DNA from: Ginkgo biloba
Lineage: Eukaryota > Plantae > Ginkgophyta
Direction of reading: 5' to 3'
Assembly: GCA_024626585.2 (NCBI GenBank)
Contig: JANKJI020000001.1
Location: 3,707,515-3,726,236 of the forward strand
DNA: 18,722 nt
Shown here piece after piece: positions 1 to 10,290 of the stretch (position 1 is its first letter; each line of letters begins with the position of its first letter). The position numbers were made by a program, and so were the translations under genes. Below the pieces are notes generated by a model. It was not told where the DNA came from. It ran no database searches and was given only the letters and a program-made list of their open reading frames with translations.

Positions 1-1604
1 ACATCTATCTTATATTTATAAGAGCATGTTCCTTATAGTAGAGTACAGGGCCAAATAATATAGTTACATACATGGACTTTTTTGAAGACATAGTGATGCA
101 CATTGTTATCTCATCACATTGGGGTGTCTACCATAAAGTAGCAGTAATGGTTTCTCTTGGGAACAAACTAAAATATAATGAGGAAAGATTCAAGGAATCT
201 ACCTTGTCATCCTAAATTTATAAGATTTTAATCATTCTAAAATTGGTGCATAATACAACTTTGGCAAGAGATTTGGTCAATGTTATAATGGCAATAAAAA
301 TTCCCCTAAGAGGACGACATCGACAACTAGATTTCCATTTAATCCAAGAAGTTTTTGGCTTTATAAATGAAGGAGAACCCATTAACTTGGACTGAGAACT
401 AAAATGGTTCATTGAGCACTAGTGGATAGAAACCATTGATGTAATATAAGAAGTCCTCCACATAGTGATGGAGGCATGAATAATAAAGATACCATTATTA
501 GATATGCGAAAAAGCACATATTAAGGTTTGGTTGTGGGAATTTTAAGGTTTCTTGGCATAATCAATGTCACCCACATTTTAGTAGAATGGTTACAAATTA
601 TATATGATTCTATACAAAATGATGTGAAATATAATTTTATAGCTTCTTTGTGAAAAAAATCTATTTTTACATGTGTAAGTTAAGTTAGGGACGGACCACC
701 AAATTTTATCACTCCTTGGCATTAATAATTATTTCCTTGATGAAGTATCCTACCCCCAAAGAAATGATTTTATAGAAACCACTCGTGTAGCCAAAGTCTT
801 CCATGTTAAAGAAATTACTTTTTGAATGGAATCCCTAGTGAAAGTATGAGAAGAGAAAAATGGAAATCACCAATGCTTATGGTAATATTATTATTCATTT
901 TTAGAGGATGAGAGGTTACACCTCTTAGAGAGTCCTAGAGGACCTAAATAAATGCTTGATTTAGCATAATCTAGGAGATTTTTTTAAAAGAGAAACATAT
1001 ACCATCATTAATATTTATGCTTGTCCAAGGCCATTCCATAAACTACCTAAGTATCTAATTACTAATGTATATGATGAAATAGCTTGATAATTGAGCATTT
1101 ATGACCTTCACTTTTGGGATAAAATCTAAAGGAGCTAGCAAGAGATGAAGTAAGGCATTAACATATGTGGCATGGATATTTATAGGGGAGTTTATAAGAT
1201 GTTTGTCGATAATCCATATGATTTTTAGGATGACTCATGGGAGTTTATATAGATAAGGACTCACTATGACCCTAATAAAAAAATAGAATCTTAACACCAA
1301 GTAGGATTATTGAACTCCTATCACCCATATGGTCAAGAGGAAGGAAGAGAAACCTTTGTGCCATGGGAGAAGATGGTAAAAGGGCATCACAAGAAATTAA
1401 TGGAAGAGTAAAATAAGACTGAAGCCTCTTGAGTTGTTAGATATTTCCATAATGAAGTTCTTTAGGAAGGGTCCAAAATGGACTTGGTCAATTTATGGCA
1501 CAATTATAGTGTCGATGAAGAAGAGTTAGTTAACTAAATGGAGGAAGGAAATTGAGATATGGAATCATAAATCTAGGGAGGATGACAAAACATAGAAAAA
1601 ATGT

Positions 1605-1817
1605 GTAGAAATATCTCTCCCACCATCACAAAGTAACCAATAGACTCTAAGAACTAAATATATGCACAAGAAGAAGGAGATATGAACAACCAAATCTAAA
1701 TAAACTAAGAGAAATAATTATAAGCACCAAAAGGGATAATTAAAGGATATTTTATATGATAATATTATATGTCACAACCATGCATAAATCCACACAACAG
1801 TAAGTAGAAGGAGGTGA
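1605..1817 (+). repeat. Diverged direct repeat, copy 1
   Basis: Shares the 17-mer TCACAACCATGCATAAA (1772-1788) plus flanking blocks (AGAGAAA(A)TAATT, GGATAT, GGAGGTGA, CCATCACA) with 2572-2782. Confidence 0.75.
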
Positions 1818-2571
1818 GAGAACCTATTCCACACATGGAAGCAAGGTTAAGCCTATTCTTCATANNNNNNNNNNNNNNNNNNNNNNNNNNNNNNNNNNNN
1901 NNNNNNNNNNNNNNNNNNNNNNNNNNNNNNNNNNNNNNNNNNNNNNNNNNNNNNNNNNNNNNNNNNNNNNNNNNNNNNNNNNNNNNNNNNNNNNNNNNNN
2001 NNNNNNNNNNNNNNNNNNNNNNNNNNNNNNNNNNNNNNNNNNNNNNNNNNNNNNNNNNNNNNNNNNNNNNNNNNNNNNNNNNNNNNNNNNNNNNNNNNNN
2101 NNNNNNNNNNNNNNNNNNNNNNNNNNNNNNNNNNNNNNNNNNNNNNNNNNNNNNNNNNNNNNNNNNNNNNNNNNNNNNNNNNNNNNNNNNNNNNNNNNNN
2201 NNNNNNNNNNNNNNNNNNNNNNNNNNNNNNNNNNNNNNNNNNNNNNNNNNNNNNNNNNNNNNNNNNNNNNNNNNNNNNNNNNNNNNNNNNNNNNNNNNNN
2301 NNNNNNNNNNNNNNNNNNNNNNNNNNNNNNNNNNNNNNNNNNNNTTTGGTCATAGCCCCCAATAGGCTTGACTCCATAGGACCAAACAATAGCCCCTTCT
2401 ATGGTTAGGATGGCACATCATTTCTATAATGAATATCTCCAAGAAGGGTGTAATTTGTGTTATAATGACAATGTTGATGAAGAATACTATGTTCACTCAA
2501 TGGAGTAAGGACACAAAGATACAAAAAATTATAGCAAAGCTAGAAAGGAAGCCAAAACCTAGCTAATAAGT

Positions 2572-2782
2572 ATAGAAGGATCTCCTTTTCCATCACATAG
2601 CAGGCCATAAATTCCAAGCACCAAGGATACACATAGGAACAAGGAAATAAGATCAGTTGAATACAAGTACACAAAGAGAAAATAATTGTAAGCCTTGAAA
2701 GAACTAAGGGATATTATTTTTGATGAGATGCTATATCACAACCATGCATAAAGCCTCACAAAAGGGAGCACCAGGAGGTGAT
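2572..2782 (+). repeat. Diverged direct repeat, copy 2
   Basis: TCACAACCATGCATAAA at 2736-2752, with the same block order as copy 1 at an offset of ~964 nt. Confidence 0.75.
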
Positions 2783-4876
2783 ACTGCCCAAGGATACAAT
2801 AACATAAAATAAGATAAGAGAATAAGCATCACAACTAGATGAGCATGGTACAATGTTATGGCCACACAAGAAGTTATGTGCATGCAAGAAACTACACCCA
2901 CATAATATGAGGAAACATTGCAACAAGCACCAATAGGAGAAGAATATACACAAATCTACAACCATGCAAGAAGTTGTATGCACGCAAGGCATGACACCCT
3001 CACAAGTGGAGGCTAGTTCACAATTGGCAATGAATATACAAGATGCATCGAAGAGGAAGGTTGATGTGACTAGTGAATAAAGGGAGATAGAATCACACAC
3101 CAATGTTCTAGGACCATAAGAAAATCATATAGTGAAATTTGTCGCACCCAAAAGCAAGGTCAACCCTATGCTTCCAATTACTCAAACCAAAGTCAAAATT
3201 GATCCCTTGATCAATTTCAAGCCAATCAAACAAAAAGTGCAGGTCCACTTTGACCTATAAGATACTAAGAAGGACAAGATGATCATTTCAAAAATAAATC
3301 AAAGGATACAATGTAAAGTAAATAATTTGGCCATGGAGGATATAGAGATACAAGAGGTGCAACTAGGAGCTTAGTATTTAACACTGGTATCAAAAATTTC
3401 CTTGAGGGAGTGTCCAAGGTAGTCACCCCAAAATTAGATGACTATAAGATAAAAATTCAATAGTTGAAGGCTTCCCTCATGCACTAACATAAATTTCTTC
3501 TTTAGGAATCAGGAAAACTAGAAGGTGCTAAATAAATCACCAAGAAAGCACAAATGGCTATAGATGATCAATGGATACACATCCTAAAAAGGAAGGGAAA
3601 CTTTCAAGGTGTCCATAAAAAAATTTTGAATATCAATGATACTTATTAGAAAGCCCATATTGAGACAAAGGACAATTTCAAAGAATATAGTGACCTGTCT
3701 CAATAATTTTTTTCCAAAATAATAGACCAGGTATAATGGATGGAACACATCAAGCCATAATTTCAAAAAAAATTGTTAAAGAATTAACATGATCGAATAC
3801 CTTGTTAAAAAGAATAATAGTTTAATTTATGTATGGATCTGTATGGCTCCCTTGATGTGACTCCAGGTTATATTCTCAAATATAATATAAAATAATAATA
3901 AATAAATAATCAATCACATAGCATTAGCATGACCATAAACATAATTAACAATTCTCTACAATAGAGACAATAACACAAGAATTATTTATAACACAATAAT
4001 ATAAGAGATTAATTATTTTNNNNNNNNNNNNNNNNNNNNNNNNNNNNNNNNNNNNNNNNNNNNNNNNNNNNNNNNNNNNNNNNNNNNNNNNNNNNNNNNN
4101 NNNNNNNNNNNNNNNNNNNTAAGAAATAAGGTTGAAGGTTGTATTTGATCTGAATTTTGATCATAGCTAAATGAGGGTACCACCACTAAACATAGACCCA
4201 TTATAGGTATTCTTACTAAAGGTAACATTAGTTTGCATTGTAGATAGTAGGGAAGAAGACATAAGGTTTTAATGGTAAGGCATTGAGTCTAGTTAAAGAG
4301 AAAGGTGAAAGTATTTAATTATTCATGTTGTAGGTGGAATGATTAAAAATATAATTCACCACTACATTTAGAGATGGATAAACCCTAAAATTTTGGCTAT
4401 TGTAGATGCCTGGCATAAAGTTATCAACTTAAGAGACTTTTAGTTTATATGGATACCTAATATTTTAAAGGTTTCAGGATTAATTACTCAATGCAAAGAT
4501 GGACTTAGGCTTAAAAAATTTGCAAGGAGATGTTAAACACTAGTATAGATATGCCTAAAACTTTTTGGCTCAATCCAACTTCATTTGATATGGTTTTAGC
4601 AAGAAGGAGCATGTAAGGAGATTCAAAGAGGGCTAGCCCCTAGTTGAATATTTGGTTGAATTAACCAAAAAGGTTTTATAGGGGATATAAACAATAATGG
4701 AATTAAGATAAATCCTTTAACATATAGTTTTTAAAAATATAATCCAAGCTAGCTAAAATGATGTCTAACACCCTCAAACATCTTAGGACTCTTCATGGTT
4801 GTATGGTGCATATGCCAAAATAAGGAGATAGAGGTAAAAAGGTGTTTTAATATCTTAGAGAATGCCAAAAATATTT

Positions 4877-5020
4877 GAGAGAATATTCCTTCTCTCATTC
4901 ATATGTAAGAGTGAATTCTACTAGGGAGCGAATAATTTAGTCAAATATTCCTTGTCTTGTCCCTAGTGGATTGACTTCACTTCACTAGGCAAGGGAGAGA
5001 ATATTCCCTTTAGAATATTC
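4877..5020. repeat. Cluster of GAATATTC palindromes in degenerate GGGAGAGAATATTCC units
   Basis: Perfect GAATATTC at 4881-4888, 4999-5006 and 5013-5020; degenerate copies at ~4927 (GCGAATAATT) and ~4943 (AAATATTCC). Confidence 0.6.
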
Positions 5021-6699
5021 TTTTCTTATGCAATACTATTTACTATTCCCAATTAGGAAATATTACAAGACTCATTGAAGCTATTGATTTTAGCTAGTAA
5101 TTCCCTAACACACTTTGGGGTCTACTTCTAATGTTGATTAAGCTAATTTAGCCTGAATTAATCAAAATTTACCCAAATGTAATACCTCTATAGCCAATTA
5201 TAGCCTGGAATGCTTTGTTGAACTATCATTAATCTGTGTTGATCATTATAGTATGTTAAATATGTGATCATACATCTTCCACTCTTAATTTGGTTCCCAA
5301 TAGTGAATTTTCTCACCTCACTTCATTCTTGTTTCCATTCTACACTTGTCAATAGTCCTTGATCAATTAGTTGTGTTAATTATCATACTTGATCTTATCC
5401 ATTTAAAGAATAAAGATACTAAAATGGGTCACATCTCTAGAAGGTTTATTTTCCCCTGTGCATCACATAGAATCCTAATAGTAATTGATGGAGGAAAAAA
5501 GGTGGGGATAGAGTGCATTATCCTTTTCTAACCATATTCTTAACTAACCTCAGTGGATCATAACTTAAAATTGAGGAGTTACCAAAAACTCTCTACATAG
5601 TTTGATATACCACACTCTTCCGATGAGTCAATTTCATATTCTAAAATAACATGGCTTAATACTTACAAATAAAAAATTTATATGATGTAGGCCACAACAT
5701 TAAGGAATGATAGAGTTGAGACACACCATAACCAATGATTGTATAAATAATGTGGGTTATCAATAATGATTTGTAAGTTAGCTAACATAGAAGATAACTC
5801 CATCCATTCCTCATTATTTTTGTTTCCACTGTATATACTAGTTAGTAATAGTGATGCATCTCCTCCAAGGAGGCTCACCAACCTTGTGTAATAAAGGTTT
5901 CATCCACCTACGATAGTTTTATAACTTTCCCTTTTAATCTAATTGTTAGGTACTTGTCATAGTCAACATGGATCTAAGTAGTATTTACAATCAAGTATTT
6001 GATCCTAGATGATGCCTTAGAGACTACTTTGGTGGGCTNNNNNNNNNNNNNNNNNNNNNNNNNNNNNNNNNNNNNNNNNNNNNNNNNNNNNNNNNNNNNN
6101 NNNNNNNNNNNNNNNNNNNNNNNNNNNNNNNNNNNNNNATGTCATCGTTCAGATATCATTCATACACCATATAAATGTAACACTGACTGATGATAATGTA
6201 TTAGTGCATTTTTTAAAAGTGTGCATTAACATGGTAAAAAGGAAATGATCGTGCGAATAAACAGTATGAGATTTTTAGAAAAAATAAGTAAATAAAAAGA
6301 ATGATTATGAGTTTGAGTTGGTTGAAGTGGATTCCCTAAGATTGAAAACCTGCATTGTAAGGAGTTAACTTCTTTTTATTAATAAAATAGAAAAATTATA
6401 CACTTATGGGGGTGCATTCCATTAGGCATTGTTGCTCAATTTTATAAATTATACCATGTAGGATTCAAACATGATCTCCTGATATAATAATATATGCTAA
6501 TCCCCAAAATCCTAATTACAACCTTCATCCTAGGCCTATGTGCATTTTATAGTTATATTTGTTTAATTTAATCATCTGTTATTTTGGGTGATTGATGTGT
6601 AGTTGCCAACTTATAAAACTCCCTTAAGAAACTATAAATTTATATTTCTACCATGGAAAATCCACTCAAATATGTTACATTAGGTCTTAGGCATATTAT

Positions 6700-6864
6700 T
6701 ATATAGCTACTAGGATCTCTTTGATCTCTCTATGGAGATTTAGAACCTAAATCTTCATATTTTGGATGCTTCAAATCCATTAACAATTGTAGATTAATCT
6801 CCACGTTGGACTCTAATTTCATGAATCTTTCCTCAATATCATCTTCCATTATTCTTTCTACCAT
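6700..6864 (-). pseudogene. Decayed 5' start of a gag-like ORF downstream of the PBS
   Basis: ATG ~190 nt past the PBS: MVERIMEDDIEERFMKLESNVEINLQLLMDLKHPKYEDLGSKSP*RDQRDPSS. Charged coiled-coil-like N-terminus at the expected gag position; no diagnostic gag motif visible. Confidence 0.4.
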
Positions 6865-7052
6865 TTTTGAACTCTTGGTGCTCTAGCCCTTATCAACCCT
6901 TACAACAAGGTTCTCCACTTGAGGAATAACTAATTCTGGTCTTTATCATACAATAAAAGTGCAAGAACAAGAAGCTTTAATAAAAATTCCCTCTTTACTT
7001 GAGAAGATATCACTTCTTGTCTTCACATGCAACACAACTCATGAACAAGAAA

Positions 7053-7064
7053 GCTATGATACCA
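7053..7064 (-). mobile_element. Primer binding site (tRNA-iMet) of a minus-strand LTR retrotransposon
   Basis: + strand GCTATGATACCA = minus TGGTATCATAGC, an 11/12 match to canonical TGGTATCAGAGC. It sits 3 nt from an LTR-terminal CA (TG at 7068-7069 on +). Confidence 0.75.
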
Positions 7065-7067
7065 AAT

Positions 7068-7750
7068 TGATCNNNNNNNNNNNNNNNNNNNNNNNNNNNN
7101 NNNNNNNNNNNNNNNNNNNNNNNNNNNNNNNNNNAAAATTTTGTGTCTGAAACTTGCATGTAACTCTATCACTCAAATCTAAAATTCAAGAACAAAGAAA
7201 TTATTAGAAATACAAATTTTCACACAAGTACACATTTTTGAACTAGAGAAATCCTCATGGAGAATAAAACTTTGGATTGGTATTGAAAAATATTTTTCAA
7301 ACAAAAATTATAATTCATATGCCTTGCTACTATTTTAAAATGCACTCACATAGAGATTTATATAGAANNNNNNNNNNNNNNNNNNNNNNNNNNNNNNNNN
7401 NNNNNNNNNNNNNNNNNNNNNNNNNNNNNNNNNNNNNNNNNNNNNNNNNNNNNNNNNNNNNNNNNNNTTTTTTATATCTGCATTAAGGAGGGGTGTGTGT
7501 GCGCGCCCTCATATTGTAGAAATCCTTCTACTTTGCATCAATTATATTAAATCTTACTATGGAAATATTTTTAAAATCACCTAAAGCACCTACATTTTAA
7601 AGCCTTGAAGATAAAGTCAAATATTCTCAAGTTATCTCTATCAAGAAAGTAGATGCTAGAAGCCAATACAAAAGCCTTTAAATGANNNNNNNNNNNNNNN
7701 NNNNNNNNNNNNNNNNNNNGGGGGTATTTATATAATGAATTAGCCTTATG
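7068..7750 (-). mobile_element. Partial LTR (U5/R/U3 with TATA box) of the same element; far boundary undefined
   Basis: Begins at the CA adjacent to the PBS. Minus-strand TATATAAATACCCC TATA context at ~7721-7734. Interrupted by gaps. Confidence 0.5.
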
Positions 7751-9099
7751 ACCTCAATAATATTAAAAAGTTGTGAAATGCCATATAGTGTATCGCATTG
7801 TCTAAGATAAGCTTCTCAAGGTCAAAGCTCACATTTTGATATACACAATAATGAACATACATTTCTTTATTGTCTTATAATATCATAAGAGAAGACTATA
7901 GATGTAGGTTGAATGTTATAAAATGCAAATAAACTAATGAAACCCTATACATGCANNNNNNNNNNNNNNNNNNNNNNNNNNNNNNNNNNNNNNNNNNNNN
8001 AAGGCCCATGTGGCAAGATATCATGATATAATATCCATGAGAATATAAAGTAGGCCAATGCTAGGGACCACAAAGTAGATGTATGAGAGCAATAGATTAA
8101 TCAAGTGTGTCCATATAATATGAGTATAAATGGAGCAATATTATACAATAACATATAATGTCACACTGTAAATAAACTATAACATCTACAAAAATATAAT
8201 ATGAGGTTCCAAATGCATGCGACAATACCATAAATCTATCGTATCGACAATACAAATGCAAAAGNNNNNNNNNNNNNNNNNNNNNNNNNNNNNNNNNNNN
8301 NNNNNNNNNNNNNNNNNNNNNNNNNNNNNNNNNNNNNNNNNNNNNNNNNNNNNNNNNNNNNNNNNNNNNNNNNNNNNTATTAGTTAATGATTGATATTTA
8401 TAAAATTTCAAATTAATCCAACCCTAAAAAACAAACACTAGAAAATGTATATAATTATGGTGACTCATGATGTTGTGAACTTAATAATAGACAATTTCAA
8501 TTTAATAATAACCATAATTAAATGACTAAGCATTTAAACTCATGTTTATAACTCATACATAATTATGATTAATTTAATTATAAATAAAATTAGATCAATG
8601 CTTAACTATGGTCAAACATAAGAAATAAATTATAATAANNNNNNNNNNNNNNNNNNNNNNNNNNNNNNNNNNNNNNNNNNNNNNNNNNNNNNNNNNNNNN
8701 NNNNNNNNNNNNNNNNNNNNNNNNNNNNNNNNNNNNNNATATAAATGATTCTCATGCTTTTTGCTTCTCGAAATTCATTTAACTATAGTCTAAAATAAAA
8801 TTATATTAGAGTGAACACATATGTGCCATTAAATATTTTACAAACTCACTTTCTACCAAAATAGTTGGGAAACTACCCTATCCATTCCTTTATGGTTCTT
8901 TGAGGAAGGATTTTGTTGGTTTCTTTCCTTAAGAAGGTATAGTTGTCCGTTAAAATGATAAGAAAAGGCTCATTTTTTTACCATTTCCTCTTTTACGCCC
9001 TGTGTATATTATGAAAATGCATTTTTGCATGTATTGGTGTTATGATATTCTTCTATAATTTTTTTCCAGCCAAAGGTATCATGACTTGGATGGGATAAA

Positions 9100-10290
9100 C
9101 CAATATAGTGGGAGGAAAACGATGACTCATACTCCTTAGATATATCCTCCAAAATTGAATTTTGATCCTTCAACTAAGCATTTTCCAATGACAATTCCTC
9201 CATTTTTAACTGCAAAGCCTTGGATGATACTTTGTGAAAGCTCACAGCCTCTTAAGCTATCATTTAATTGATATCCAACTTAGTCTCCTATACAATGACA
9301 TCTGATGGGGCGACCTCCATTTTATCTTTAGAAGCCCTCATCCTAAAAACTCTTACTCTAATGGTCTTCTTATCAGAATCAACACTAAATGAGTTGGGGT
9401 GTTAGACCATAAGTAAGCACTACAATCTACACTAGATAGATCAATGAAGTAGACCATTGAAAAAATATAACTAAACATACATAATAAAGTTATTCTTGTA
9501 TCTTTCCCCTACTATAAGTAGGATCTAATGATAAGCAAAGAATTCATCCATAAAGGAAAGGATTTCATCTCTTGTTAATCAATCTATAACTTAATCAATA
9601 GGAACTATATAACAATTATTCTTTAGTCATTCCTTATTAAGGTCTTGATAATCAATATCAATGCATATTAATAAAAAAAATGAAATTATATGTACTATAT
9701 TAGCAATCCATTTTGTGTTTTCAATTAGATATATTAAATGCTCATTTGATAATTTTTGGATTTTAACTTTGATCATAGTCAAAATCTTGGGGTTTATGGA
9801 TCCTTAAAATTATTTAACAGGCATAGAATTAGGAAGCATAGTGATATTAGAGATGACATGTTCGATATTTATTCCATGAATTTTAAATTATATTTGAGTA
9901 AAGACATTATAATATTCCTAAAATAGATCTTTATGATATCATTCTTCTTCTTAGGTGTGCTCAACTCTTATTTGCATAGTTTAGGTTTTTAGGGAAAAGA
10001 GGTAATAGTAAGAAGAGTGTAAGTGATATTCACCAAACTATATGCCTTAAAGGCATCTAGATTGTAGGGATTGAATTTTGAGAATTTAGTGACCCCATAT
10101 GGAATGAAATTAATATTCTTAATATCCAATAAATCATGTATTTAGGCATGGAATGGACTATTAGGGGCCAAGTAATAACATTGGTTAGACATGTAATGGT
10201 GCTCATCCTAATTAGAGTTGTAGTGCAAGAGAAACTCTTGTCAGGATTTATTATTCTAAGAAATATCAATGTATGGGATGACATCTATAA
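9100..10290 (-). mobile_element. Decayed minus-strand ORF fragments, probably another retroelement accessory ORF
   Basis: ~9405->9125 reads SNTPNSFSVDSDKKTIRVRVFRMRASKDKMEVAPSDVIV*ETKLDIN*MIA*EAVSFHKVSSKALQLKMEELSLENA*LKDQNSILEDISKEYES (heptad-like, all stops TAA/TAG). The 10284->10057 ORF is on the same strand. Confidence 0.45.

Larger units (their letters stand above)
220..3790 (+). mobile_element. Decayed long ORF, probably the accessory (non gag-pol) ORF of a plant LTR retrotransposon
   Basis: Long in-frame protein-like stretches broken by scattered stops, mostly TAA/TAG. Examples: 243+ LVHNTTLARDLVNV...LIQEVFGF...GLVVGILRFLGIINVTHILVEWLQIIYDSIQNDVKYNFIASL; ~1100+ YDLHFWDKI*...LLNSYHPYGQEEGRETFVPWEK; ~3140+ VAPKSKVNP...IEIQEVQLG; ~3420+ coiled-coil-like KLDDYKIKIQ*LKASL. 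Purine-rich strand bias, CpG depletion. Family assignment is inference. Confidence 0.55.

Noticed and set aside
1814-2389. Long ORFs spanning N runs (also 11888-12985, 11930-12868, 14561-14977, 10136-10614, 8097-8411)
   Set aside because: Artefacts of translating N gaps as X; no coding evidence.
2756-3103. 115-aa Cys/hydrophobic minus-strand ORF (also 218-412 and 3584-3766 minus)
   Set aside because: Antisense shadows of the purine-rich decayed + strand ORF.
3385-3396. TGGTATCA resembling a tRNA-Met PBS
   Set aside because: The match ends after 8 nt (AAAA follows), and it lies within the fossil ORF without LTR context.
3880-3912. AATAATATAA low-complexity run; also the (GT)n(GC)n stretch at ~7492-7506
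   Set aside because: Ordinary microsatellite or low-complexity sequence.
5678-5881. 67-aa minus-strand ORF (LLGGDASLL...YLYNHWLWC)
   Set aside because: No recognisable motif or splice context; probably repeat debris.
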